Assembly (NCBI RefSeq): GCF_001194135.2
Contig: NC_068991.1
Coordinates: 44,563,123-44,600,943 of the forward strand
Source: Octopus bimaculoides
Taxonomy: Eukaryota
Length of the DNA: 37,821 nucleotides
Reading direction: 5' to 3'
In this document: positions 1 to 11,214 of the stretch, in pieces
How positions within the stretch are numbered: the stretch's first letter is position 1
Layout: each line of letters starts with the position of its first letter
The notes under the pieces: model-generated
What the model was told of the DNA's origin: nothing
Seen by the model: only the letters and a program-made list of their open reading frames with translations
Databases searched by the model: none
Translations under genes and position numbers: made by a program

Positions 1-901
1 TATATATTTAGAATAATATAATATGCATGTGTATATGTAAATATAATCTACAATTTATATGTCTAAAATAATACTGCATCAAATATATATCATAGTGATT
101 TTAAGTTTAAAGGAAATAATGACTTTTGCTTTCATACAAACACATGCATACAAAATCACATAGCAAATGTAAACTTCACTCTGTCATTATATAGGGACAT
201 TAAGTAACACATGGATATATCTATAAGTAGTTACCATATATACATGATGGTCTTTCAACTGAATATTGTAAACTTCTTATCCTATCATAGGAACTAAATG
301 TTCTCTGCTTCATTTAGCTGGTACCAGAACAGGTGAAAAATAAAAAGAGAATAACTAACTATACTTTTGAGCTAACATCTCAAGAAGGAGAAGGATTGAT
401 CATATGCTTATTCATTGACTTGTATATTTGTTCATTGGCTTATATATTTATTCATTGACAAACATGAAAATTGAAAGTGACCAGTAACAGTGATTTTGTG
501 GTTCTACTCACACTTACTTGATTCAGTCTAAATGTCAGTAAGATCGTCTATAAAATAAGGAGAAATGCAGCTCGATCAGTGTTTAACTGATTATTTGATG
601 AAGAAATTTGGAGGCTTATAGAAAAGATGCATGTTTAATTTCTCATATATTATCCATCATTTTCTGGGATACATGACAGGGTTGGCAAATTTCATGGCAG
701 CAATAACAAATAAATTGCCACAAATTAACTCTCAGGCAGTATCTTCTAAAAAATGTTGCAGAAATGAGTATTTCTAATGTTAATATTCCAAAGTTCCTAG
801 TAACCTTAACACTTCAGAAAAACTGTTTAATTCAATCTCAAAGCAATGAAATAACTTGACCTGAATACAAACTTGGAGGAGATCGTCATCATCCCAGTGT
901 T

Positions 902-1190
902 TTAAATCTGGGTTTTGTCCCTGTTAATGGGGGTGGCCGCATCTACCTCAATGCCATAGCAACCGCCCTCACACCATCTTGCCTGGTTTTGGGTATCCTC
1001 TTTTTTCAAACCAACTCTCCCAATCTCTTCCTCCACCTGTTCCCTCCAGCTTTTCCTTGATATACCTTGCTTTCGTGCTCCATTTACCTCAAACACAATC
1101 ACTCTCCTCAGAACATGCTTTTCATCTCTCCTCAACAGAAAGCTATGTGTGGGTATGTATCTGTAAGTAAGAACCTGACAATTATGTAGC
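902..1190 (-). mobile_element. RTE-clade LINE 3' fragment (C-terminus of RT ORF)
   Basis: HVLRRVIVFEVNGARKQGISRKSWREQVEEEIGRVGLKKEDTQNQARW resembles the RTE C-terminal G.R..GRP.K.W...V..D....L...A.DR..W pattern. Confidence 0.7.
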
Positions 1191-1619
1191 AAATATGAAT
1201 GGGATCTGAGGCAACTAAGAGTTGATTTGTGATGTAAAAAGAGAGAGAAAAAAGAAACTCATTGAAAGTTCACAAGTTTGGATAAGTTCATGACATGGGA
1301 GAAATGAAAGTACTGACATTTGGACCAAACTTGTTCGAGTTTGTGAACTAATCAGATAGCTGAAATAATGTAAGATATACAGTGTAAAAACTTACTGAGA
1401 ATTCATAAAACAGTTTGCTAAAAAATACTATCTTCTCCTGAGGCATTATATCATACCATACAAGTATAAAATGTTAATTGTTGGAAACAGCTTTGCCCAA
1501 AAGCTGAAAGACACAATGGATGCAGATGTATTTGAACCTTTTGAAAATCTGAATATTCCAGTAAAAGTCTGATCCACCACAAACAAAATAAATATGTAAT
1601 ATAATCCATCTCACAATCA

Positions 1620-1745
1620 TATAGTCTTAGGTTCAATTCCACTGTATAGAATCTTGGGAAAGCATCTTCTACCGAAAATCTTGGGTAGAACTAAGCTCTG
1701 TAAATGAAAGTGGGTAGATGGGAATTATGTGGAAGCCTGTAAGTT
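1620..1745 (+). mobile_element. Degenerate tRNA-derived SINE fragment
   Basis: ggttcaattccactg...ttgggaaagcatcttctac is similar to the head of the copies at 7292-7672 (-) and 20010-20190 (+). It includes a B-box-like GGTTCAATTCC. Confidence 0.5.
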
Positions 1746-2104
1746 GGTTGCATTTGCTATTGTTAGGCTTAATCTGTTGCTTTACAGGAAAGCAAAAGAT
1801 AATTTTCCAAAATAATAATTCTCCTTGATATCCTGTTTATATTGCAGCAAAGAATGAGGTGTGGTTCCTTCTCTTTACTCCACCAATCTTGAAAGCCCTG
1901 CAAAAAAGTCATGGCCATGGCCCTTTCTTTTCTGACTAAGCCATACATTTCATACAATTGCCTAATTGAATCTACAGAGAGATAAGCATACTACTAATGA
2001 GTGCTTCTGACTATATTTTAACAAGAATCATGTCATTTTATTATTCCTATTCTATTATAAAGGAAACATCTAATAACAATATGAACAAAAAAAACGTACA
2101 TACA

Positions 2105-2140
<36 letters not shown>

Positions 2141-2331
2141 GTATATATATATATATATATATATANNNNNNNNNNNNNNNNNNNNNNNNNNNNNNNNNNN
2201 NNNNNNNNNNNNNNNNNNNNNNNNNNNNNNNNNNNNNNNNNNNNNNNNNNNNNNNNNNNNNNNNNNNNNNNNNNNNNNNNNNNNNNNNNNNNNNNNNNNN
2301 NNNNNNNNNNNNNNNNNNNNNNNNNNNNNNN

Positions 2332-2370
<39 letters not shown>

Positions 2371-2951
2371 GTTGTTATTTACTACACATGCATCTATTTT
2401 TACACTATGTCTTCTATTTTTGTACCTGCACATGCAAAACTAAATAAACACATTCCCAACCATGTACATATATTTCCATGATTTCATATTTAATCTATTT
2501 GCATACATTCCTGCAAATAAGCACACCTATCCACACACTCAAACATATTAAGCATACGCATACACACAGATGCATAATAGTTGCTATATGTTATTTCACT
2601 TAAAATACATTAAAACAATGTTTAATTCTTTTTATAACATATGCAAAAAATAATGCAATGGCACATAAGGTGAGTTGCATATGATTAAAGCTATATATGG
2701 AAAGTGATATAAGGAAAAGCTGTTACTACTCTAATGTAATGCAGCGAGTGTTTCAAAATTAAGATATGATGTTTTTAGTGCAGTTTTTTTTCCATATGTT
2801 TGTCAAAATTGAGTATTTTGTGGGGCTTGTTAGGTTTTATTAGTAAGTGCAAGCTGAATTTGTCAACTTCCTGATATACACTAATGATTTGTAACTATAT
2901 TATTGTCAAATATTTTTACAGTAGTAGTATTAGTAGTAATAATAATGATAA

Positions 2952-3170
2952 TAATCCTTTTTACTAAAGGCACAAGGCCTGAAATTTATGGGAAGGGGAC
3001 TAGTCGATTACATTGACCCCAGTGTTTCACTGGTGCTTAATTTATTAACCCCGAAAGGATGAAAGGCAAAGTTGACCCTGGTGGAATTTGAACTTACAAT
3101 GTAGTGACGGGCGAAGTACTACTAAGCATTTCGCTAGGCATGCTAATGATTCTGCCAGCTCACTGCCTTA
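2952..3170 (-). mobile_element. tRNA-derived SINE, (ATT)n-tailed subfamily
   Basis: Reverse complement reads taaggcagtgagctggcagaatc...gttcaaattcc (B box)...ggggtcaatgtaatcgactag...ggccttgtgcc...ggattatt. Multiple copies occur in the window. Confidence 0.8.
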
Positions 3171-3458
3171 ATAATGATTTTAATAATAATAATCTAACAT
3201 TATATCTTTGCTTTAGAAATTTACACAAAAACTGTGTGTCTAAATCTCCAACACACACACACACACACCCACACACACACACATAAATGCATGTATTTAT
3301 ATGTTGCATTGAATTTATCTCTATTCTAGTTCTCTTTTTATGGATTTTTCATATTTTTGTATGAGTTCCTTGCAGTTTGTTGTATTGTTGTCTCATCTTC
3401 ATGATGAAGTGATGTTGGCATGTGTTGCAGTCTCTATATAGTAGACAGAGCCAAGGTG

Positions 3459-3463
<5 letters not shown>

Positions 3464-3509
<46 letters not shown>

Positions 3510-3565
3510 GTGTGTGTGTGTGCGTGCGTGTGTGTGTGTGTGTGTGCGTGTGTGTGTGTGTGTGC
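3464..3565. repeat. (TG)n microsatellite with GC interruptions
   Basis: Seen directly. Confidence 0.95.
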
Positions 3566-4683
3566 ATGTGCATATATGCAATTACATTATGAAGAGCCAT
3601 TTTCACCTTCAAAACATAACTGCATGTATGAATATAAAAAATGAAAAATTTTAGTGCTTAATGATTTTAGTAATATAATTTTTAAAAGCCTATTGTTATT
3701 TTAGTTCTTGAACAAGTATTTTATCTTTTGTATTTGTTGAAAAATTGCTGAAGCTACCAACATTGTTTGGTGCATATATTTTTGTAAGGGGAAAAGGACC
3801 CAAGTTATGATTGATTTTTTTGGTTCGTGTTGAAGCAGAAACTTTTCCTTTGAGTTGCTATTTTCAGTCAAGTCATCAGTATTTCCAGTTGTCTTGTATT
3901 CTGCTATATATCTGGAATGAGAAACTTTCAATTTATATTCTTGGCCTAACAAACTTAAACAGGAATAAGTGTTTCACAATTATCCAAACCAGCAAGGCTG
4001 GTTGTTTCCACTACTGGAGGGAGCCAGAGAAATTGATTAAGAACACTTCAATGAAAGAAGTTGCTATACAGCTCCAGATCATCTCTGATGGAGCAGAGCT
4101 ATGTTACATTAGTAGTTTCTGCTAGGCTGTAAGATTGAGAGAAGCAATAAATCTTTAAAAGATTTAATTTTATGCTTATAAAAAAAAAATATAGACAACT
4201 CTCTCATCTCACTTCTCTTTCCCTCTCTGGTCATTCAGATTGTGGTTATCTTCTGGAAGAAGTTGATGCGTTCTTGTCTAAAAAGACTGGTAGTAAAATT
4301 AAAAAATAAGTTAAGAAAGCAGAGCATACTGAGTCTAAACATCACCCAGCCTTACAAAAATGTGCACCAGATTTCCAAAGAAATCTTATTTTTGAATAGC
4401 TGACTAATTGTAATAAACTATAAGGGATGAGAAATTGGCATGATTTACCAAGCAGAATGTAAATGATACATAAGAATGCAAAAGTAAAAGAAGAAAAAAA
4501 AAGAAAGTGTAGGAAATGCAGAACTGAAAGGATAAAAAAAAATATTTATGTCAAAGATCATTTAGTAGCTGGTTTCAACAAAGAGTGCTTTAAGTGAATT
4601 TAGTAAATCAGGGGAAAAGCTGAACATTGTTTCAAGGGTAAGAATATCAATAGAGAAATGGTTAAAAAACAACAAAGACTTAC

Positions 4684-4734
4684 TTGATCTTGCGCCCGAC
4701 GCATGGTTGATTAAATCTTTTAGAACCATGACAT
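4684..4734 (-). CDS. para: Nav1/para I-II linker exon, 51 nt, phase 1-1: (D)VMVLKDLINHASGARS+A
   Basis: Acceptor cttttctcatcctatttcag|AT and donor CAA|gtaagt. Matches para DVMVLNDIIEQAAGRHS and is phase-compatible with the 112-nt exon. Confidence 0.92.
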
Positions 4735-4999
4735 CTGAAATAGGATGAGAAAGTACATGTTAAAAGAGTTAACTTTAAAACATCAAATGTGCATCTTCAT
4801 ATACTTTCATTATATATACAAGGTTACTTATAGAATTAGGTCTGTATTGGTAAGAATTGGATTAAAAATAATAAAAGTGGAGAAGTTATATTTTGGAGTG
4901 TGACTTTAGATAAAATCTTCAACTGGAAATGTAAAGATGCTATATATATATATATATATATATATAGATATATGTCAGTGGCAAATCCAGGTTATCAGT

Positions 5000-5074
5000 G
5001 TCACTCAGGCTCATCATAGATTTCGTCACTTGGGCTCATCACAGATTTTGTCACTTGGGCTCATCAGAGATTTC
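5000..5074. repeat. 3 x 25-nt tandem repeat (gtcact(c/t)(a/g)ggctcatca(t/c/g)agattt(c/t))
   Basis: Units start at 5000, 5025 and 5050. Confidence 0.9.
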
Positions 5075-5669
5075 ACACAAGACACATGCCTGCTCAAAGA
5101 ATTTCACATTTTTCTGCAATATTTCTAGCCCCAAATGGCTTATTCTTTTTATTTCTAGCACTATGTATTTCTCCATTTCTAAATTAAGGGTTAAAATAAA
5201 GCAACCATGCAAAACACAAGTGATCTTTGCACAGAATAACAACAATCAAATAATGACAGTGGAGTGCACAACAAACGTCAGCGATCTGATTGTCGCCTGT
5301 ACACTTGACAAGAGATGCCAGTTAGTCTTTTACACCTCCCAGGCTCATTTGTATTAGCCTGAGTTGCTGGATAATCTCTCGTTCTTTTAAGAATATTGTA
5401 GAATGGAAACTTTTCATAGATTGGAATTTAAATCTTAATCTCTATAGAAATTTATTGTTTCAAGAAAACATTGAATTTGAATTACTTTTAATTTATATGA
5501 TTATAGATAACAACTGAGCCTGAGTCAGGCATGTGTGAATGATGTTGAGAGAACATTTGGTATGAATGATATTTTTTGACACAAGGCACCTCTAAGATGA
5601 TCGCCAGATGCTGAATGAAAATAAATGAACTGTGACCAGGCTCAATAAAAGGAGCCTGAGTTATTGGCT

Positions 5670-6540
5670 GCAATACTTCTGGACAGTCTCGTTGTTTAAG
5701 TTGGTGAATGCTGCCATAATCCTTGCCTTCAGTTCATCTTTGGTGTTACAATGAGTTTTGTTGGTCTCTCACTCAACTGTGCCCCACACATAATAATCAA
5801 TGAGTCTGAGGCTGTGTGGGAAGATCAATGGAGGCATAATATCACCATCATTAGTGATCACTCCAAACACCATAATGTTGACTGGATGTTTGATTTTTAT
5901 CACTCTCAGTACATGTTTTGGGGACACAGCAAGCCAAAGGTTCTTCTGTGTGTTCATTATCTGATCCTGGCAGAAATTTTTCTTATCTGAGAAAAATGAA
6001 AGCATGTTCAGTTGGAGGGGATGCTTGAGTTTGTTCAAAAGCTTCATAGCACAGTCTTTCCTCTTGTCTTTGATGGCTTGGGATAAAAATTAGCCCTTTC
6101 TCATCTTGTATGAGGAATACCAAATGTCTTCATGCACTACCTGCCTGATAAGAGACTCAGACACTCCCATGTCCCTGGCGATGAACCTGACTGACTTGGA
6201 AGGATTGTTGTCAATCATGGCCTGCATCACACCCTTTTCTTATCAGAATGATCAGAGTGAGTTTTCTGAACTGCTATACCTTTGTAATCACCATTAGACT
6301 CATCCAACTCTTTCTGAATCCCCTGCACTGTCCTCAGATTGACACCCAAACACTCTGAAATGTTCGTACTGGAGCTTCTGGCATGAATGCCAAGCAGTAC
6401 AGCATGTCATTTCCAAATTTCTAGCACAGTGAATTGCATCATGGTGTTGTTTTTCTCACTATACTGTGTAGTCAACAAAATCAAAAACAAACAATGTGCA
6501 TGCATGAAATTAAAAATATAAATTTGCCCATCGCACCGTT
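5670..6540 (-). mobile_element. Tc1/mariner-superfamily transposase relic, maT/DD37D-like, internally deleted
   Basis: Frameshifted minus-strand translation: HTH-like LGVNLRTVQ...SVRFIARDMGVSESLIRQVVHEDI, then FFSD(K)KNFCQDQIMNTQ, KHPVNIMVFGVITNDGDIMPP and IDYYVWGTVE. The FQQD..WPP.SPDL block is missing. Subfamily call is from motif recall. Confidence 0.75.
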
Positions 6541-6559
6541 ACATACATACATACATATA

Positions 6560-7265
6560 TATCATCAACATCATCATTTAGCATCTGTTTTTCATGCTGG
6601 CATGGGTTAGACAGTTTGACTGGAATTGGTAAGCTGGAGAGTTGTACCAGCCTCCAGTCTGATTTTGGCTTGGTTGCCCTTCCTAATACCAGCCATGTCA
6701 CTGGCATGGGTGCCTTTTACATGTCACTGGCATGGGTACCTCTTACGTGTCACTGTCATGTGTGCCTTTTATGTGTTGCTGTCATTTGTTTTTTATGTGC
6801 TACCATCATGGCTGCCTTTTATGTGTCACCATCATGAGTACCTTTTATATGTTACTAGCACTGTCCACAACTACAATTTCACTTGGCCTGACAAATCTTC
6901 TTAACCACAACAAACTGCCAAAAATCTCAATCATGTCATTGCCTCCATAAGACCCAACATCTAGAGATCATGCTTTTCCACCTTGTCCAATGTCTTCCTT
7001 GGTTTACCTCTTCCACAGTTCCCTCCACAGTTAGTGATCAACACTTCTTTATGCAGCTGTCCTCGTCCATATGCATCACAAGACCATACCAGTGCAGATG
7101 CCTCTTATGCCCAATTTTTTCCTCAAAATGTTTACACACTGTCATACATGCACACTGACATTGCACATCCAGTGAAGCATACTAGCTCCATTTCTTTCAA
7201 ATCTTTGCATGTCCTCTGCAGTCACAGCCCATGTCTCACTGCTGTGTAGCACGGCTGACTGCACA
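6560..7265 (-). mobile_element. RTE-clade LINE 3' end with 3' UTR (contains ~26-nt imperfect tandem array at ~6694-6860)
   Basis: Minus strand encodes degraded ...SETWAVTAEDMQRFERN...LGIRGI...WYG..M...GRGKPRKT. The 3' UTR ends in a (GAT)n-like tail and is homologous to 7722-8390. Confidence 0.75.
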
Positions 7266-7291
7266 CAGATATATATATATATATATATATA

Positions 7292-7672
7292 TTCTTTTAT
7301 TTTTTACTTATTTCAGTCATTCAACTGCAGCCATGCTGGAGCACTGCCTTGAAGTGTGTTAGTTTAATAAATCAACCCCCGGACTGATTTTTTTAAAGCC
7401 CAGTACTTATTCTATCAGTCTCTTTTGTTGAACTCAGGACGTAAACGCATCAATACTGGTTGTCAAGTGGTATGAGGCACAAGCACAGACACAAAGACAC
7501 AGGCAGATATATACATATATATACGAGAGTCTTCTTTCAGTTTCTATCTACCAAATCCAATCACAAGATTTTGGTTGGCCTGAGGCTTATAGTAGAAGAC
7601 ATTTGCCCAAGAGACAGAACCCAGAACCATGTGGTTGAGAAGCAAGCTTCTTATCACACAGTCACACCTGCA
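7292..7672 (-). mobile_element. tRNA-derived SINE, long family with internal (TA/TG) tract
   Basis: Reverse complement begins gtgcaggtgtgactgtgtgataagaagcttgc...catggttctgggttc (A/B-box-like). It ends ...ccagcatggctgcagttgaatgactgaaataagtaaaaaataaaagaat. Confidence 0.75.
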
Positions 7673-7685
7673 CGTTATGTGAGTG

Positions 7686-7721
<36 letters not shown>

Positions 7722-7722
<1 letters not shown>

Positions 7723-8390
7723 CATCATCATCATTATTTAACGTCCGCTTTCCATGCTGGCATGGGTTGGATGGTTTGACTGAGGGGTGGTGAGCCAGAA
7801 GGCTGCACCAATCTCCAATCTGATTTGGCAAAGTTTCTACAGCTGGATGCCCTTCCTAAAGCCAACTACTCCGAGAGTGTAGTGGATGCTTTTACGGCCA
7901 TGCTCAAATGGTGCATTTTATGTGCCACCTGCACAGGAGCCAGTTCGGTGGTACTGGCAATGACCACACTCGCATGGTGCCTTTTTTATGTGCCACCAGC
8001 ATGGGTGCCAATCAGGTGGTACTGTCATCGGCCACAACAGGGATTTTGCTTGCCTCAACAGGTCTTCGCAAGCATAGTTTATTGTCTACTGATTGAAAGG
8101 GTACTCTTATATGGGCTGGTTATACAGCACTGGCATAGGCCACAGTTATGGTCTCACTTGGCTTGCCAGGTCTTCTCAAGCACAGCATATCTCCAAAGGT
8201 CTTGGTCACTTGTCATTCGCAACACATGACCATACCAGCACAGTCGTCTCTCTTGCACACCACATCTGATGCTTCTTAAGTCCAACTTTTCTCTCAGGGT
8301 GCTTACACTCTGTCTTGTATGCACACTGACATTACACATTCAGCGGAGCATACTGGCTTCATTCCTTGCAAGCTTACGCATATCCTCAGC
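7722..8390 (-). mobile_element. RTE-clade LINE 3' end (truncated by gap)
   Basis: LREKLDLRSIRCGVQERRLCWYGHVLRM motif, with the same 3' UTR and (GAT)n tail as 6560-7265. Confidence 0.8.
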
Positions 8391-8981
8391 NNNNNNNNNN
8401 NNNNNNNNNNNNNNNNNNNNNNNNNNNNNNNNNNNNNNNNNNNNNNNNNNNNNNNNNNNNNNNNNNNNNNNNNNNNNNNNNNNNNNNNNNNNNNNNNNNN
8501 NNNNNNNNNNNNNNNNNNNNNNNNNNNNNNNNNNNNNNNNNNNNNNNNNNNNNNNNNNNNNNNNNNNNNNNNNNNNNNNNNNNNNNNNNNNNNNNNNNNN
8601 NNNNNNNNNNNNNNNNNNNNNNNNNNNNNNNNNNNNNNNNNNNNNNNNNNNNNNNNNNNNNNNNNNNNNNNNNNNNNNNNNNNNNNNNNNNNNNNNNNNN
8701 NNNNNNNNNNNNNNNNNNNNNNNNNNNNNNNNNNNNNNNNNNNNNNNNNNNNNNNNNNNNNNNNNNNNNNNNNNNNNNNNNNNNNNNNNNNNNNNNNNNN
8801 NNNNNNNNNNNNNNNNNNNNNNNNNNNNNNNNNNNNNNNNNNNNNNNNNNNNNNNNNNNNNNNNNNNNNNNNNNNNNNNNNNNNNNNNNNNNNNNNNNNN
8901 NNNNCCAACGTGGTAATCCTGGTTTAGGATGAATGTTACTGTTATTTAATCCTAGGAAACATCGTTTCCAGCTGGCTATAC

Positions 8982-9203
8982 CTATTTCTTTATTGCCCAC
9001 AAGGGGCTAAACGTAGAGGGGACAAACAAAGGGATTAAGTCGATTACATCAACCCCAGTGTGTAACTGGTACTTAATTTATCGACCCCGAAAAGATGAAA
9101 GGCAAAGTCGACCTCAGCAGAATTTGAACTCAGAACGTAACGGCAGACGAAATACCGCTATGCATTTCGCCCGGCGTGCTAACGTTTCTGCCAGCTCGCC
9201 GTC
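8982..9203 (-). mobile_element. Young tRNA-derived SINE with perfect 16-bp TSD
   Basis: TTCCAGCTGGCTATAC occurs at 8966-8981 and 9204-9219. The body is near-identical to 16834-17060. Confidence 0.9.
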
Positions 9204-10374
9204 TTCCAGCTGGCTATACGACACACTATCTGTATTCTTATATTTCCGAACAAAGACACAGATAGTGTGTCATAAATTAATTATAAAGTTAGAAGTAGAA
9301 AAAGAAGCCTTAACTAGCTCGAGATGAATGTCCTTTAGGGACTACACTTGATAAATACAGAATGAACTTTTTAAGATAAATAGAGAGATTAAGAGTAATT
9401 AAAAGAAAGAAGAATTGAAGTGAAAATAAAAAAATAAAAAATATTTTTTTATTTTTTACTTTTTTTTTGTGACTTTATCATGAATTCCCATGATTTTTCA
9501 TGTTTTAATCCAAAATGGAGATGAACACCGTTCCTCTATGTGATTGGCTTGAAAAATTGTTAGGATATTAAGATATTTTCTTAACATAAAACCAATGGTA
9601 GCCTTAATACACAAAGAATTTTTATCCATCAATGCAGTGTTGAGCACTCATTTTCATTGTTTGACATTTATATATATATATATATATATATACTGAAACG
9701 TGTATAGTGCTGCTTGAGTTGTCTATTTTTATATACACATATATGTTTTATATAAAACGGAAACAAGCTTCCTCTTTCTCAAGCACATAAATTTTACTCA
9801 ACAAATTATATTAATCAGTCCATATTGAATTTGTTTCAAACATTCTATATTTGTTATCTGAACTTGAGGAATACAGTCCTAGTGAATGATTTTCTGTCAA
9901 AGTAACCATTCAACGCTTTGCTTCATAACTTTTGAAAAACAAACTATTAGGCTTTAAAGAATCTTCACACATATTTTTCCATGCATGCAGCATCCTTTTC
10001 TTTGGGGGGAAAATATTAGAAAATCAGAAGTGACAAACAGCAAAGAAAAACTTCCAGTTGAAGAAACCTTGATCTATCTCCAAAGTAGGTGGCAATGGCC
10101 TAAAATCTAGAATCATAAAGTACTATGAGATGTATACTGAAATAGAGTTGCATATGTAAAACAGATTAGGCAGGTTTAAGCATACTTCTATGCACATTAA
10201 TGTATACATAATGGATGTAGTACAAAATATTAGTTGTTACCTTTTGTGTGTTTCAATGCATACCACCCATCCACGCACATACACACGTGCATGCAAGTAA
10301 CAAAAAAAAAAAAGATAGTTTGAGAAAGAGAGATTTAATTAAAGAGGAAAATCTTAATAGAAGAGAATACTTAC

Positions 10375-10486
10375 CCTTCATGTCCACTACATTAGATGCA
10401 CTTGAACTTGGACAAAGAAAGGGATTATTTGCATAATTTTTCTTTTTAGCGGTTTCACAATCTGAGCCACCGCTACTAATGGATTC
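10375..10486 (-). CDS. para: Nav1/para I-II linker exon, 112 nt, phase 0-1: ESISSGGSDCETAKKKNYANNPFLCPSSSASNVVDMK+G
   Basis: Acceptor ttcattacattaaccttttag|GAA and donor AGG|gtaagt. The frame is open, and NPF...VVDMK matches para DNPFIEPVQTQTVVDMK. Phase 0 joins the upstream exon, and the terminal G plus AT of the next exon gives Asp (DMK-D). Confidence 0.92.
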
Positions 10487-10935
10487 CTAAAAGGTTAATG
10501 TAATGAAATAGAGAGAAAAATTGATTAAAACAACTAAAGACAGTGATTTGCAATGAAGTAATTAAAATGTATAATACAAATTACACAATTATTATTTGTG
10601 AACTATCATTTATTTTTGAAAGTTTCATATTTTTCATGACCAGAAATATATTTGTGTGATGAAATGACAGAAATGGAAGACCACTTTACTGAGAACTTAG
10701 CACGATTTACTTTACTTTTTCATCCTCTATCTTGTGAGTTGAAATCTAGCCAAAGATCATTTTGATTGCACTACAATAGGATTTATAAAACAAGTACCAA
10801 GTGGTTGATTTTTATTGACTATTGACTATAAATTTGTAACCATTTGCAAGAAAAAAAAAGTAACTTATAACACCTTTTGAAAAAGATATACTAAATAATG
10901 AAACAGGAACTAGAAATCTGATGTTTTATCCTTTC

Positions 10936-10937
<2 letters not shown>

Positions 10938-10980
<43 letters not shown>

Positions 10981-11020
10981 TATAATGATGATGATGATGA
11001 TGACAACAACAATGATGACA
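10938..11020. repeat. (AAT)n/(GAT)n/(CAA)n compound microsatellite
   Basis: Seen directly. Confidence 0.9.
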
Positions 11021-11214
11021 ATGAAAAAGAAGATACAAAAAGTGATTATAAAGTTTGTGTTGGGAGGTTTACATGGAATTGAATTAAAAATAAAGAAAAC
11101 CTTTGAAATGTAGGCATCGAAAGTGTGTACACATACACACACACACGAAAAATAAGTATACATAGTTTATAGCATTTAAAAAAGATGATGATGATGAACC
11201 CTTCTGATATAAGA

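Larger units (their letters stand above)
4735..10374 (-). other. Intron of Nav1 gene (5,640 nt, GT-AG, phase 1)
   Basis: Bounded by the donor at 10374 and the acceptor at 4735. Filled with TE relics. Confidence 0.85.

Noticed and set aside
518-547. 30-nt minus-strand microexon candidate (ttttatag|ACG...CAA|gtaagt; TILLTFRLNQ)
   Set aside because: It is open only in phase 0. The preceding real exon ends in phase 1, which gives a stop (ATT TAG), and there is no Nav similarity.
5000-5074. Short direct repeats as a CRISPR-like array (also the 26-nt array at 6694-6860)
   Set aside because: Head-to-tail with no spacers, in a eukaryotic TE context.
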